Positions 1 through 10,668 of a stretch of DNA of 64,000 nt are shown piece by piece. Source of the DNA: Bryobacterales bacterium (GTDB taxonomy: Bacteria; Acidobacteriota; Terriglobia; Bryobacterales; Bryobacteraceae); the NCBI GenBank assembly GCA_020852755.1, contig JADZAF010000099.1, forward strand, positions 32,125-96,124, read 5' to 3'. Under the pieces are notes generated by a model. The model was not told the origin of the DNA. It searched no databases and saw only the letters and a program-made list of their open reading frames with translations. A program made the translations under genes and the position numbers. Within the stretch, counting starts at the first letter, position 1, and each line of letters opens with the position of its first letter.

Positions 1-202
<202 letters not shown>

Positions 203-334
203 CCGCGGCGCACGCTCCCGGTGCGGCGGCACTCCCGCCGCGAGCCCGCCCGGTCAAACGGGCGTTCCCGGGTTTCGTCCGCGCACGCACATTACTCCTT
301 CCTGCTATAAAAGACAACAGGGTAAAATATCTGA

Positions 335-919
335 ATGGGTGATATGATTCGGGCCGTCGACCTGCACGGCTGGGACGCCCTGACCCGGTCCTGGCACGGG
401 CCGGACGAACTTTGCGGCTCGAACGAGGGCAAAGGCCGGGTCTTGCGGGCGCTGCGCAGAATGCCCGGCTCCTGGCACGGCAAGCTGCGGGAACCTGTGC
501 CGGGCGCCGTCCCGCTGACTTTTTGCGCCTCCATCCACGATCTTGGCGATGCGGGCCTGCTGCTGATCGATATGGAGGGATCTCCCGGCGGCCCTCTGGA
601 GGTTGTAGCCGTGATCCCGGCTCACCGGCGCGCCAGGGTCCGGCCCGAGTTCGCATTCGAGTTCGCTTCGTTCGTCCGTTTCCTGGAAGGTCCCGAGAGC
701 AGCGGCTCGGAGCTGGCCATCCACGACCACATCGAAAGGACGCTGCGGGAAACCGATCCTTCCCGGACATTGATCTTCTCGATCGAGGCGCGCTTTGAAG
801 AACCCGAGATCCGCCTCCTGGTGGCGCCCCAGGTGGAGGCGGCTGCCCTCAGCATGATCGCCTGGATGACGGAGAAGGATGCCCTGGACAGCGCCTTCGC
901 CGAACTCAGCGCCACCTGA
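335..919 (+). CDS. hypothetical protein
   Basis: 194-aa ORF in a gene-like position between ddl and ctpA. I recognise no motif. Confidence 0.4.
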   Translation: MGDMIRAVDLHGWDALTRSWHGPDELCGSNEGKGRVLRALRRMPGSWHGKLREPVPGAVPLTFCASIHDLGDAGLLLIDMEGSPGGPLEVVAVIPAHRRARVRPEFAFEFASFVRFLEGPESSGSELAIHDHIERTLRETDPSRTLIFSIEARFEEPEIRLLVAPQVEAAALSMIAWMTEKDALDSAFAELSAT

Positions 920-995
920 CCCCTGACGGTAAAATAGTAGGAAGCGGCAGTCGCCTGCCCGCGCTCAAGAGACCGGACTTCCTGCCGGGAATCCG

Positions 996-2453
996 TTGAT
1001 GCGTGTACCCCTCATACTCGCGCTGCTGTTGGCCTCGCCCGACCTGGATGCGCCCCTGCGCAGCGTCACCGAGGTGTACGCCGTCGTCGAGCAGAACGCG
1101 GCCGATCCGGTGGATCCTGAGGCCGCCTTCTATCGGGGCGCCATCCCGGGCGTGCTGCGCCGCCTGGACCCGCATTCGGTCTTCCTCGATCCCGGCCAGT
1201 TCGAACAGCTCAAGAAGCTGCAGACCTCCACGGATAAGGGGTTTGGGAGCGTGGTTTCCGTTCTGCCCGGCCGGGTGATCGTGCTGCAGACCCTGCCGGG
1301 GACCCCTTCGGCCAAGTCGGGCATGGCGGCGGGCGACGAGATCCTGGCGGTTAACGGCTACGACCTGTCGCGGCTCGACATGGACCAGTTGATCCAGTTG
1401 CTGGGGCAGTCGCGCCAGCAGCCGGCCAGGATCGATGTACGGCGGCCGGGGACGCCCCGCATCCTGCAATTCTCGCTCGTTCCGGAAGAGATGCAGTCGC
1501 CCAGCGTCGACCGCGCATACTTTCTCGAGCCGGGCACCGGCTACGTGCGGGTGACGAGCTTCGACGAGAAGACCGCGGAGCAGATTCGCGAGGCGATCGA
1601 GAAACTGGGCGGACGCCGCTTGAAAGGCCTGGTGCTCGACCTGCGCAACAACCCCGGAGGCATGTTGGAATCGGCGCTGCAGACGGCGTCGCTGTTCCTG
1701 AAACCCGGCGCCCGGCTGTTGAGTGTGCGCGGCCGGGCCGTGGCCGGACGGGAGGAGAAAGTTCCGCCGTCGGCCGAGCCCTACGACTTTGCGCTTTCCG
1801 TGCTCGTCAATGGCCGGAGCGCCAGCGCGGCTGAGATCGTGGCTGGCGCTTTGCAGGACCACGACCGCGCGGCCGTGGTCGGCGAGCCCAGCTTCGGCAA
1901 GGGCCTGGTGGAGTCGGTCTTCCCCTTGAGCGAGGGCGCCGGCCTGGCGCTTACCACCGCTCTGTACTACACTCCCAGCGGGCGCTCCATCCAGCGGCCG
2001 CTCCCCGACGCCCAGTTTGCCCTGGCAGCGACCGCCATGCGGCCCAACGAGAAGCAGGAATTCCGGACCGCCAGGGGCCGCCTGGTCCGGGGCGGAGGCG
2101 GCATCCGGCCCGATCACGTGGTTTTTCCGGAACCCGTGACGCGCCTGCGGGCGGTGCTCGACGGCAGCGGCTCGTTCACCAGCTTCGCCACGGAATACGC
2201 CCGCACTCACAAGGTGACCGGGGAATTCGACGTCACTCCCGCTCTGCTGGACGAGTTCCAGGTCTATCTCTCGCAGCGCGGCATCCAGCCCGGCGTGGCG
2301 GAGTGGTCCAGCGAGCGGCCCTTCATCGCCAACCGGCTCAAGACCGAGATCTTCAACCAGACCCTGGGCGTGGCCAAGGGGGACGAAGTGGAAGCGCAGC
2401 GCGACCCGCAGATCCGCAAGGCTGTCGAGGCCCTCGCGCTGCCTCTACAATAG
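996..2453 (+). CDS. ctpA: C-terminal processing (tail-specific) peptidase, S41 family
   Basis: Signal-like N-terminus, a PDZ-like region (GDEILAVNG) and the S41 catalytic-region motif DLRNNPGG. TTG start per the ORF track. Confidence 0.85.
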   Translation: MMRVPLILALLLASPDLDAPLRSVTEVYAVVEQNAADPVDPEAAFYRGAIPGVLRRLDPHSVFLDPGQFEQLKKLQTSTDKGFGSVVSVLPGRVIVLQTLPGTPSAKSGMAAGDEILAVNGYDLSRLDMDQLIQLLGQSRQQPARIDVRRPGTPRILQFSLVPEEMQSPSVDRAYFLEPGTGYVRVTSFDEKTAEQIREAIEKLGGRRLKGLVLDLRNNPGGMLESALQTASLFLKPGARLLSVRGRAVAGREEKVPPSAEPYDFALSVLVNGRSASAAEIVAGALQDHDRAAVVGEPSFGKGLVESVFPLSEGAGLALTTALYYTPSGRSIQRPLPDAQFALAATAMRPNEKQEFRTARGRLVRGGGGIRPDHVVFPEPVTRLRAVLDGSGSFTSFATEYARTHKVTGEFDVTPALLDEFQVYLSQRGIQPGVAEWSSERPFIANRLKTEIFNQTLGVAKGDEVEAQRDPQIRKAVEALALPLQ

Positions 2454-2458
2454 ATGGG

Positions 2459-3199
2459 ATGCCCATACCCCGGCTGAACCCGCAAGATCTGCAACTGCTG
2501 ACGCAGTTCGACACTCCCACCATCTGCAACGTGATTGAGCTGTTTCAGGTCCGTCCCCGCGACAGCGGCTACATGGACGGGCGCATCCGGGCCTGCTTTC
2601 CGGAAATGCCGCCCATCGCCGGCTACGCTTCCACCGCCACCTTCCGCGGCGCCTTCCCGCAGAGCGGCACGGTCTACGCCACCATCGACCGGCAGATCGA
2701 GGCGTTTGCCGAGCTGCCCGGACCGGCCATCGTGGTATTTCAGGACCTCGACGATCCGCCCGTGGCCGCCACCTTCGGCGAAGTGATGGCCTCCAGTTAC
2801 CAGGCCTTCGGAGCCGCCGGCCTCGTCACCAGCGGCGCGGCGCGCGACCTCGACCAGGTGCGCCGGCTCGGATTCCCCTCTTTCTCCAACGGAGCGATCT
2901 GCTCGCACGGCTACAGCCACCTGACCTCGATTCACGAGCCCGTGCGGGTGGGAGGAATCGCGATCCGGCCGGGAGATCTGCTGCACGCCGACGCCAACGG
3001 CGTCACCACCATTCCGCCCGAGATCGCGCCGGAAGTCGCCGCGGTGGCCGCCGATTTCGTGGCCTGCGAGGCCATCGTGCTCGACTACCTCAAAGGCGGA
3101 GGCCGCGACTTGCCCGCCTACACGGAAGCCAGGCGGGCCTGCATGGATGCGATCGCCGAGTTGGGGAAGCGGGTGCGCCGCCGCGCGGCGGGCGCCTGA
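2459..3199 (+). CDS. RraA family protein (RNase E inhibitor / HMG-CHA aldolase-like fold)
   Basis: MPIPRLNPQDLQLLTQFDTPTICNV... is typical of RraA/MenG-like proteins. Start taken at the internal Met, 6 nt after the ctpA stop; the longer ORF overlaps ctpA. Confidence 0.75.
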   Translation: MPIPRLNPQDLQLLTQFDTPTICNVIELFQVRPRDSGYMDGRIRACFPEMPPIAGYASTATFRGAFPQSGTVYATIDRQIEAFAELPGPAIVVFQDLDDPPVAATFGEVMASSYQAFGAAGLVTSGAARDLDQVRRLGFPSFSNGAICSHGYSHLTSIHEPVRVGGIAIRPGDLLHADANGVTTIPPEIAPEVAAVAADFVACEAIVLDYLKGGGRDLPAYTEARRACMDAIAELGKRVRRRAAGA

Positions 3200-3235
3200 G
3201 AGGCACAAGGCTGCAATGCAGGAGGGAAACCGCCC

Positions 3236-4339
3236 ATGCAGAACGGAAAACTGAACGTCGCCATCGTGGGGCTCGGATTCGGCAAGGAATTCATCCCCAT
3301 CTACCAGTGCCACCCGCAAGCCAGCATGTACGCCATCTGCCAGCGGACCAGAGAGAAGCTGGACGAAGTGGGCGATGCCTTCAAGGTGGAACGCCGCTAC
3401 ACCGATTTCGACGCGCTGCTCCGGGATCCGGAAGTGGACGCCGTCCACATCAACTCGCCCATCCACCTGCATGCCCCGCAGAGCGTAGCCGCCCTGCGGG
3501 CCGGCAAGCACGTGGCCTGCACGGTTCCGGCCGCCACCACGGTGGAAGAATGCCGGCAGATCGTGGAGGCGGCGCGCGAGTCCGGCCGGAATTACATGAT
3601 GATGGAGACCGCCATCTATACCCGCGAGTTTCTCTATGTAAGGGAACTCCGGGACACGGGCAAGCTGGGGCGCATCCAGTTCATGCGCGGCTGCCATCAG
3701 CAGGAGATGGCGGGTTGGCCCGGCTACTGGGAAGGACTGCCGCCCATGCACTACGCCACTCACGCCGTCAGTCCCTGCCTGGCCCTGGTGCGGGGAGAGG
3801 CCGAGTCGGTGGTCTGCTTCGGATCGGGCCGTATCGCCGAACGGCTGATCGCGAAATACGGTTCTCCCTTCGCGGTGGAAAGCGCGCTGTTCAAGGTGCG
3901 CAACCAGCAGCTTGCCTTCGAGGTGACCCGCTCGCTGTTTGAGACCGCGCGGCAGTACGTCGAGAGCTTCGACGTCTACGGCGAGAAAACGGCCTTCGAG
4001 TGGCAGCGCGTGGAGGGCGAAGACCCGGTGGTGCACGAGGGCGAGACGCCGCGGCGGGTGAAGGTTCCCGACTACGCCGGCCTGCTGCCGGAACCGATTC
4101 AACGCTTCACCACCAAGGGCGTGTACGACGAGGCGCACGCTCACCTGTCGTTCATCCAGGGCGGCGGGCACGGGGGATCGCATCCTCACCTGGTGAACGA
4201 GTTCGTCAGCAGCATCCTGGAAGGGCGGCGGCCCTTCCCCGACGTCTACCAATCGGTCAACTGGACCTGCGCCGGCATCTGCGCGCACGAATCGGCCATG
4301 CGAGGCGGGGCCATGGTCCGGCTGCCGGAGTTTCACTAG
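3236..4339 (+). CDS. Gfo/Idh/MocA family oxidoreductase
   Basis: N-terminal Rossmann motif VAIVGLGFG and the family-typical ...DAVHINSPIHLHAPQ... segment. SD GGAGGG lies upstream. Confidence 0.85.
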   Translation: MQNGKLNVAIVGLGFGKEFIPIYQCHPQASMYAICQRTREKLDEVGDAFKVERRYTDFDALLRDPEVDAVHINSPIHLHAPQSVAALRAGKHVACTVPAATTVEECRQIVEAARESGRNYMMMETAIYTREFLYVRELRDTGKLGRIQFMRGCHQQEMAGWPGYWEGLPPMHYATHAVSPCLALVRGEAESVVCFGSGRIAERLIAKYGSPFAVESALFKVRNQQLAFEVTRSLFETARQYVESFDVYGEKTAFEWQRVEGEDPVVHEGETPRRVKVPDYAGLLPEPIQRFTTKGVYDEAHAHLSFIQGGGHGGSHPHLVNEFVSSILEGRRPFPDVYQSVNWTCAGICAHESAMRGGAMVRLPEFH

Positions 4340-4486
4340 GGCGCGCCGGCTGCGACCATTTCCGGAGCCACCAGCGTTTCCCGGCCGCGGCCCGGCAAAC
4401 ACGCTCTCCCGTTTCTTCTCGGCAGAGCGGTTCGATCCAGGCGGCGCCGCTCGCGTATAATCGGTGCGTCGATCCCGGAGGGTGAA

Positions 4487-5035
4487 ATGCTACGAGTCGC
4501 GGGTTGGATTTCCGTTCTGGCCCTGGCCGCCGGCCCGGCCTGTGGGGCCGAGGGCGTGACCATCAGCAGGATCTACGATCAGCAGTTGACCGGGCTGGAA
4601 CGCAACCTGGTCTCCCTGGCCGAGGCCATGCCGCCGGACCGGTTCGGTTTTGCGCCCAATCAGGGCGAGTTCAGCGGCGTGCGCACCTTCGGCCAGCAGG
4701 CCGCTCATACCGCCGCGGTCATCTACTTGTGCGCGGCCAGCGTCCTGGAGGAGAAAGCCCCGGTGGATACGGGCGGCGAAAACGGCCCGGCCGCGTTGAA
4801 GACCCGGGAGGATGTCCTGAAGTACCTGAAGGACGCCTTCGCCTACGGGCATAAGGCCATGGCCTCGCTGACCGAAGCGAACCTCGCCGCCCAGGTCCCC
4901 TCGCCTTTCGGAAAAGGCGCCGTATCGCGGGCCTCCATGGCTTCCGTGATGCTGTGGCACAGCTACGACCACTATGGGCAGATGGTGGTCTACCTGCGCA
5001 TGAACGGGGTCGTGCCTCCGTCCAGCCGCCGGTAG
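4487..5035 (+). CDS. DinB/YfiT-like family protein with signal peptide
   Basis: Signal peptide plus a four-helix-bundle DinB_2-like pattern with conserved His (HTAA...H..DHYGQ). A TATAAT-like box sits about 30 nt upstream. Confidence 0.65.
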   Translation: MLRVAGWISVLALAAGPACGAEGVTISRIYDQQLTGLERNLVSLAEAMPPDRFGFAPNQGEFSGVRTFGQQAAHTAAVIYLCAASVLEEKAPVDTGGENGPAALKTREDVLKYLKDAFAYGHKAMASLTEANLAAQVPSPFGKGAVSRASMASVMLWHSYDHYGQMVVYLRMNGVVPPSSRR

Positions 5036-5036
5036 C

Positions 5037-6290
5037 CTACACGATCACCGAGGCGATCTCGACCTGGGAGCGAATGCCGGCCACCACCACGATGCCGCTG
5101 TCCGTCACGTGGTGGAAGCGGCGGTCCTGCTCCAGGTCGTAGCCGATGGTCGCTTCGGGGGGAACCCGCACGTTCTTGTCGAGGATCGCGCGGCGCACCC
5201 TGGCCCGCCGGCCGATGTCGCAGTTGTCCAGCAGGATCGAGTCTTCCACCACGGCCCCGGCGTGCACGTGGACGCCGCGCGCCAGCACCGAATTGCGCAC
5301 CATCCCGCCGGACAGAATGCAGCCCGCCGAAACGATAGAGTCCAGCGCCTGGCCGCGCCGGTTCTCCTCGTCGAAGGTGAACTTGGCGGGCGGATCCGGG
5401 TATCCCGCCGTGCGCAGCGGCCACTCGGAATTGTACAGGTTCAGCGCGGGGGAGACCGCCCGCAGATCCATGCTGGCTTCGTAATAGGCGTCGATGGTGC
5501 CTACGTCCCGCCAGTAGGGCTTGTAGTCCGGCGCTTCCCCCGGGATCTGGTTGGTCTGGAAATCGTAGGCGAAGATCTCGGCCCGCCCGACCAGGGAGGG
5601 GAGGATGTCCTTGCCGAAGTCATGCGAGCTTCCCTCCTTGGCTGCGTCGTCGCGCAACTCCCGCAGCAGCGTCCGGGTGGAGAAGATGTAGTTCCCCATG
5701 GAGGCGTATACCCGGTCCGCGTCGCCCGGCATGGTGGGTGAATCCGGCCGCTTCTCGTGGAAGCCGATGATGCGCCCGTCGGAGGCCACCTCCACCACTC
5801 CGAACTCGGCCGCCTGTTCCTTGGGCACGGGCACCGCCGCCACCGTCACCTGGGCGCGCCTCTCCAGGTGGTACTCGATCATACTGGCCACGTTCATGCG
5901 GTAGATGTGATCGGCTCCGAAGATGACCACCAGGTGAGGATCGGACTGCTCCACCAGGTTGATGTTCTGAAAAATGGCGTCGGCCGTGCCCTTGTACCAG
6001 GTCTCACCCGCCGAGCGCATCTGGGCCGGGACCGGGATCACGAACTGCTGCTTGAGCAGGCCGCCGAACGCCCAGCCGTCGCTCAGGTGCTGCAGCAGCG
6101 ACTGGCTCTTGAACTGGGTCAGCACGTAGATCGAATAGATTCCGGAATTGATGAAGTTGCTGAGGACGAAATCGATGATCCGGTACTTCCCCCCGAAGGG
6201 AACCGCCGGTTTGGCTCTCTCCTTGGTCAGCGGATAGAGACGGGTTCCCTTTCCACCCGCCAGAACGATGCCGAGCACGCGCAGACGCAT
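5037..6290 (-). CDS. glgC: glucose-1-phosphate adenylyltransferase
   Basis: MRLRVLGIVLAGGKGTRLYPLTKERAKPAVPFGGKYRIIDFVLSN... is the canonical GlgC N-terminus. Start placed at the internal Met of the longer ORF. Confidence 0.9.
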   Translation of the reverse strand: MRLRVLGIVLAGGKGTRLYPLTKERAKPAVPFGGKYRIIDFVLSNFINSGIYSIYVLTQFKSQSLLQHLSDGWAFGGLLKQQFVIPVPAQMRSAGETWYKGTADAIFQNINLVEQSDPHLVVIFGADHIYRMNVASMIEYHLERRAQVTVAAVPVPKEQAAEFGVVEVASDGRIIGFHEKRPDSPTMPGDADRVYASMGNYIFSTRTLLRELRDDAAKEGSSHDFGKDILPSLVGRAEIFAYDFQTNQIPGEAPDYKPYWRDVGTIDAYYEASMDLRAVSPALNLYNSEWPLRTAGYPDPPAKFTFDEENRRGQALDSIVSAGCILSGGMVRNSVLARGVHVHAGAVVEDSILLDNCDIGRRARVRRAILDKNVRVPPEATIGYDLEQDRRFHHVTDSGIVVVAGIRSQVEIASVIV

Positions 6291-6420
6291 AGTTTCACCT
6301 TGAGAGATGCGGCGACAATCGACTCCGAAGCAATATTTTGTCAGCCGCCATCCCGGAGCGCAACCACGAATTGCGCACCTTCCGCGGTCAGCGAATGGCC
6401 GGGGCCTTGTGGTATGTTGA

Positions 6421-7692
6421 GTGCCGATGCAACCCGCAACTGCTAGTGCCACGGCCGCCGCCAGCGGTTCCCGGCGGTGGTACGTCATCGCGGTGCTCAG
6501 CATGGGCATGGTGGTCGCCTACATGCACCGCACCAATATCCCCGTAGCGCTTACGGTGGACGATTTCAAGCGTTTGTTCAGTCTGACCGACGCGGACCGG
6601 GGCTTGCTCAATTCCGCCTTCTTCTGGTCTTATGCCGCGTTGCAGATTCCGGCCGGCTGGGTGGTCGACCGCTACGGTGTCAAGTATCCCTATGCCATCG
6701 GGTTCTTCTTCTGGAGCCTGGTGTCCGCCGGCATGGCGATGTGTACCTCCATGGCCCAGTTATTCGTCCTCCTGTTCTTCCTGGGCGTGGGGGAAAGCGT
6801 GGTGGCCCCGGCCAGCATGCGCTGGATCCGCTTTCACTTCGCGGAAAAAGAGCGCGGGCTCGCAGTAGGGCTGTACATGACCGGCACCAAGCTGGGCCCC
6901 GCCATCGGCCTGCCGACCGCGGCCTGGCTGATCTCCCAGTACGGCTGGCGCGCCTTGTTCATCATCCTCGGATTCGGCAGCCTGGTCTGGCTCGTGCCCT
7001 GGATGCTGCTGGTCAAGAACGATGACCGGCAACTCGAGAAGAAGTCCACGGCGGCGGCCAAGGAAATTCCCATCCCGTTCTCCCGCATCATGGCCAGTCC
7101 GGTCATCTGGGGCACCATCATCGGCACCTTCTGCTACATGTACTTCGTATATTTCTGCCTGCAATGGATGCCGGCTTATTTCGTCGAGCAGCGCAACCTT
7201 TCGTTGACCTCCATGGGCCTGTACAGCTTCTTCAGTTTCGGCGGCATGGCCGGCATGGCCGCGCTGGCCGGCTGGCTGGCCGACCGGATGATCGCCCGCG
7301 GCGGCGACCCGGTCAAAGTCCGCAAGGGCTTCACCATCGCCGGTTTTCTGGTCGCCTCCACGGAGGTTTTCGGGGCTGTTTCCAGCAACGTGAACGTGGC
7401 CCTGTTCTTTGCCGTGTTCTCCCTGACCGGGCTCGGCCTGGCCACGGCCAATTACTGGGCGCTCACCCAGACCCTGGTTCCCGGCGGCGCCATCGGCCGC
7501 ATCGTGGGTGTCCAGAACTGCGCGGCCAATCTGCCGGGCGTGGTCGCCCCGATCCTGACCGGATGGCTGAAGCAGGTGACCGGAAGCTACGAGGCGCCCA
7601 TGCAGGCCATCTGGTTCTTCCTGATCCTGGGAATCGCTTCGTACGCCTTCCTGGTTCGCCGCAAGTACGCGCCTCGAGCAGCGGCGGCGTAG
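6421..7692 (+). CDS. MFS transporter
   Basis: About 12 predicted TM segments with MFS signature-like loops. It is divergent from glgC. Confidence 0.8.
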   Translation: MPMQPATASATAAASGSRRWYVIAVLSMGMVVAYMHRTNIPVALTVDDFKRLFSLTDADRGLLNSAFFWSYAALQIPAGWVVDRYGVKYPYAIGFFFWSLVSAGMAMCTSMAQLFVLLFFLGVGESVVAPASMRWIRFHFAEKERGLAVGLYMTGTKLGPAIGLPTAAWLISQYGWRALFIILGFGSLVWLVPWMLLVKNDDRQLEKKSTAAAKEIPIPFSRIMASPVIWGTIIGTFCYMYFVYFCLQWMPAYFVEQRNLSLTSMGLYSFFSFGGMAGMAALAGWLADRMIARGGDPVKVRKGFTIAGFLVASTEVFGAVSSNVNVALFFAVFSLTGLGLATANYWALTQTLVPGGAIGRIVGVQNCAANLPGVVAPILTGWLKQVTGSYEAPMQAIWFFLILGIASYAFLVRRKYAPRAAAA

Positions 7693-7701
7693 CGTCCGCA
7701 G

Positions 7702-8463
7702 TTAACCGCCCGCCCCGGCCGATCCCAGCGTGATGCGGGTCATCGGCCCGGGAAGGGCGGCCTCGACGCCGGCCTGTTCGATGGCGCTGTGAATCCTCTC
7801 CGGCTGCCGCCGTAAGCCCCTCTGTACGTGCACCAGCGCCGCCCGCCGGATTCCCTCCTGCGGAGCCATCTCCAGAATCGAGCCGATATCGGCGTGTACC
7901 GGCGAAGTTTCGAAAGAGTAGGCCTCGTGGATCAACAGGTCGGCGCCCGCGAAAAGCCTGCGTCCGGCGTCGGTGAACATGCCGTCGCCGCTGTAACACA
8001 GGCGCATTCCTCCCGCCTGGATCCGGACCGCCAGGTTGGTGACCGCGTGCCGGCTTTCGGCGAAATCGAACAATACCTCTTCGTACTCCACCGCCCGGCC
8101 CGGCGCGGCTGCGCGGTACTCGATGGGATACCGGAAGCGGTTTGCCAGGCCGCGGTAGCCATACTCCATCATCCCGGGCAACTGTTCCAGAACGGCAGGC
8201 TGGCTCAGAATCGTCAGCGGCCTGGTGCGGCCGTCCTCCCACATGCGTCCCAGCAGGGCCGGCAATCCGAAGTAGTGGTCGGCGTGCGGATGGCTGATGT
8301 AGATCAGGTCGATGGCGTCGGGGTCCGGCTCGGCCTTCCACACCTGGGGCGGGGCGCTGTAGCCGCAGTCGAGCAGCACGGTGAGACCCGCCCTGACCAG
8401 GATCGAGGTATTGGGAAGGGTTTCGTCGAAGGCTTCGCCGCAGCCGAGAATCAGGGCATCCAT
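7702..8463 (-). CDS. MBL-fold metallo-hydrolase
   Basis: HxHxDH motif (ISHPHADHY) and downstream conserved His/Asp residues. Confidence 0.8.
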   Translation of the reverse strand: MDALILGCGEAFDETLPNTSILVRAGLTVLLDCGYSAPPQVWKAEPDPDAIDLIYISHPHADHYFGLPALLGRMWEDGRTRPLTILSQPAVLEQLPGMMEYGYRGLANRFRYPIEYRAAAPGRAVEYEEVLFDFAESRHAVTNLAVRIQAGGMRLCYSGDGMFTDAGRRLFAGADLLIHEAYSFETSPVHADIGSILEMAPQEGIRRAALVHVQRGLRRQPERIHSAIEQAGVEAALPGPMTRITLGSAGAGG

Positions 8464-8502
8464 GCAACCCAGAATAGCGTCTGCCCGGCCGCGGGTGGGG
8501 CG

Positions 8503-9465
8503 CTACAGAAGGTCGCGCCGCCCGGCCAGTGCGATGCCGCCCAGAACTCCGGCCTGGTCTCCCAGGGCGGAGGGCTCGATGCGGACCTGGTCGACGGGAA
8601 ACATGCGCACCCGCTCGCGCACCGTCTCACGCACGGTATCGAACAGCAGGCCGCCGATCCCGGCCACGCCCCCGCCCAGCACGATGAGGTCGGGGTGCAG
8701 TGCGGTCACCAGGTTCGCCGCCCCGATGCCGAGGTACCGGGCCGCGCGCACCAGGGCGTCCCGCACCGGTTGCTCGCCCGCCTGGGCCGCCTGGGCCATG
8801 TGCCGGGGCGTGATGGCGCCCGCGTCGCCGGCCACCAGTTCGTGCAAACAGGGCGCCAGCCCCGCCCGCACCAGGCGCACCCCTTCCGCGGTAATCGCCG
8901 GTCCGCTGGCCAGCGCTTCCAGGCAGCCGTGGTTGCCGCAGCCGCACAGCGGGCCGCCCGGTAGAACGGTCTGGTGGCCGATCTCGCCGGCCGCTCCCAG
9001 CGCTCCCAGGTGCAGACGCCCGCCGATCACCAGCCCGCCGCCGATGCCCGTGCCCAGCGTGAAGAACACCATCGTGCGGACCGAACGGCCCTTGCCGAAG
9101 GCGAACTCGCCCAGGGCGGCCAGGCGTGCGTCGTTCAGCAGATAGACCGGGCAGTTCAGCCGGGCGGAAAGCGTCTCGGCGACGGGAACGCCCCGCCACT
9201 GCGTGGGCAGGTTGGGCAGGAACAGCGTGGCGCCGCGCGCGAAATCGATCAGTCCGGGCACGCCCATGCCCAGGGCGGCCGGAGACTCCCCGGCCTCGCA
9301 CGCCATGGCGAGGATCTCGGAAGCGATACGTTCCAGCACACTCTCCGGCCCCAGGTGCGACTGGGTGGGGATGGAGCGCGACAGGCGCAGCCGCCCGCTC
9401 GCTTCCCCCAGGGCCAAAGCGACGTTGGTGCCGCCCAAATCGGCGGCGGCGTAAAGCATACTCAT
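8503..9465 (-). CDS. ROK family sugar kinase (glucokinase-like)
   Basis: N-terminal DLGGTN ATP-binding motif and the ROK zinc motif CGCGNHGCLE. The start among the N-terminal Met codons is uncertain. Confidence 0.85.
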   Translation of the reverse strand: MSMLYAAADLGGTNVALALGEASGRLRLSRSIPTQSHLGPESVLERIASEILAMACEAGESPAALGMGVPGLIDFARGATLFLPNLPTQWRGVPVAETLSARLNCPVYLLNDARLAALGEFAFGKGRSVRTMVFFTLGTGIGGGLVIGGRLHLGALGAAGEIGHQTVLPGGPLCGCGNHGCLEALASGPAITAEGVRLVRAGLAPCLHELVAGDAGAITPRHMAQAAQAGEQPVRDALVRAARYLGIGAANLVTALHPDLIVLGGGVAGIGGLLFDTVRETVRERVRMFPVDQVRIEPSALGDQAGVLGGIALAGRRDLL

Positions 9466-10639
9466 GAGTGTGAAGGCCAATCATAAAACAGTTTGCGCCG
9501 CTGTCGCCCTGCTCTGCGGCCTGGCGGCGCTGGCCGGGCAAGCCCTCACGGTGCGCTACAACTATGGCGGCGATTGGAGCGGCCTCTTCGCCACGGGCGC
9601 CCAGGTCGCTCTGCCTCCCGAACTGGCCTTCGAACAGGTCTACCGCTTCCGCAACGATCCGGGCTACGACGGGCAGTTCTATCACCTGATCGCGCATGAC
9701 GCCTTCTTTCTCAACGGCTATCAGAAGCACGTGGACAATCCCCGGCTGCGCTGGCGCCGCATCCTCATCCCCGGCCTGGCTTATGTTCTGGCTCTGGGTG
9801 AGGCGGAGTACGTGGACTTCAACCTGATCGGCGTGAATCTGGCCTTCGTCGTCCTGGGCGCTTACTGGCTGAGCCGCTATGTGGCGCACTACGGTTTTCA
9901 TCCGGGGTGGGGGCTGCTGTTTCCCCTGACTCCGGCGGTGCTCGTTTCGCTGGATCGTTCGACGGTGGATACGGCGCTGGCCGCGCTCGCGGTAGGTTTT
10001 GGACTCTACGGGGCCGCGGCTCCATCCTGGCTGATCTATCCCGTTCTTGCGGCCGCGCCGCTGGCCCGCGAGACCGGCGTGGTTCTGACCGGCGCCTGGT
10101 GTCTCCACCGCCTGCTCCAGCGCGACTGGAGGGGCGCGGCCGCGGGCGCCCTGGCGGCCCTGCCGGCCCTGGTCTGGGTGGCGTTCGTGCACTCCCGGAC
10201 CGCGGCGGACCACACCGTCTTCGCATCGCCCTGGCCGCTGGCGGGGCTGCTGTCCCGCACCCTGCACCCCTTTCAATACAGCACTCACACCGCATGGCTT
10301 CTGAAGGCCGCCCTGCTCGACTACCTGGCCGTGCTGGGTGTCTGGGCCGCCCTTGCGCTTGCCCTGCGCCTTCTGAAAAAAGGCAAGCCCGGCCCGCTGG
10401 AGATCGCGGTTTGGCTGTTCGCGGGCATCTTCGTTCTCTTCCTCCAGCAGCCTCAGGCCTGGGCGGAGACCTACGCCTTCGGCAGAACCATGTCTCCCCT
10501 GCTGATCTGTCTCGCGCTGCTGGCGGTTGCCCGGCGCTTCTACTGGAACCTGGTCCCGCTGGCCATGGCGCTGCCGCGCGTCCTGTTCCAGTTGGGACCG
10601 CAATGGAAAGGAATTCTGCGCGGGATATTATCCCCCTGA
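9464..10639 (+). CDS. hypothetical polytopic membrane protein
   Basis: 391 aa with a signal/anchor N-terminus and 8-10 hydrophobic helices. I recognise no catalytic motif. Confidence 0.55.
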   Translation: MSVKANHKTVCAAVALLCGLAALAGQALTVRYNYGGDWSGLFATGAQVALPPELAFEQVYRFRNDPGYDGQFYHLIAHDAFFLNGYQKHVDNPRLRWRRILIPGLAYVLALGEAEYVDFNLIGVNLAFVVLGAYWLSRYVAHYGFHPGWGLLFPLTPAVLVSLDRSTVDTALAALAVGFGLYGAAAPSWLIYPVLAAAPLARETGVVLTGAWCLHRLLQRDWRGAAAGALAALPALVWVAFVHSRTAADHTVFASPWPLAGLLSRTLHPFQYSTHTAWLLKAALLDYLAVLGVWAALALALRLLKKGKPGPLEIAVWLFAGIFVLFLQQPQAWAETYAFGRTMSPLLICLALLAVARRFYWNLVPLAMALPRVLFQLGPQWKGILRGILSP

Positions 10640-10668
10640 CGGGTGTATGATACAGCGGGTTATTCAAG

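Noticed and set aside
2395-2405. Apparent one-base discrepancy between the displayed sequence text and the ORF-track translations (ctpA/RraA junction)
   Set aside because: The track translations require an extra G (…CAGCGCGAC…) relative to the text as I read it. I treated the ORF track as authoritative rather than calling a frameshift or pseudogene.
8627-10603. 658-aa minus-strand ORF, and similar long ORFs at 906-2210, 2264-4402, 13652-15802, 18889-21279, 33581-35788, 36623-38017, 40824-42227, 42556-43830 and 43770-45044
   Set aside because: All lie antisense to, or out of frame within, genes with clear family signatures. Their translations are Arg/Pro/Gly-rich low-complexity, as expected for a GC-rich genome. 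I treat them as spurious.
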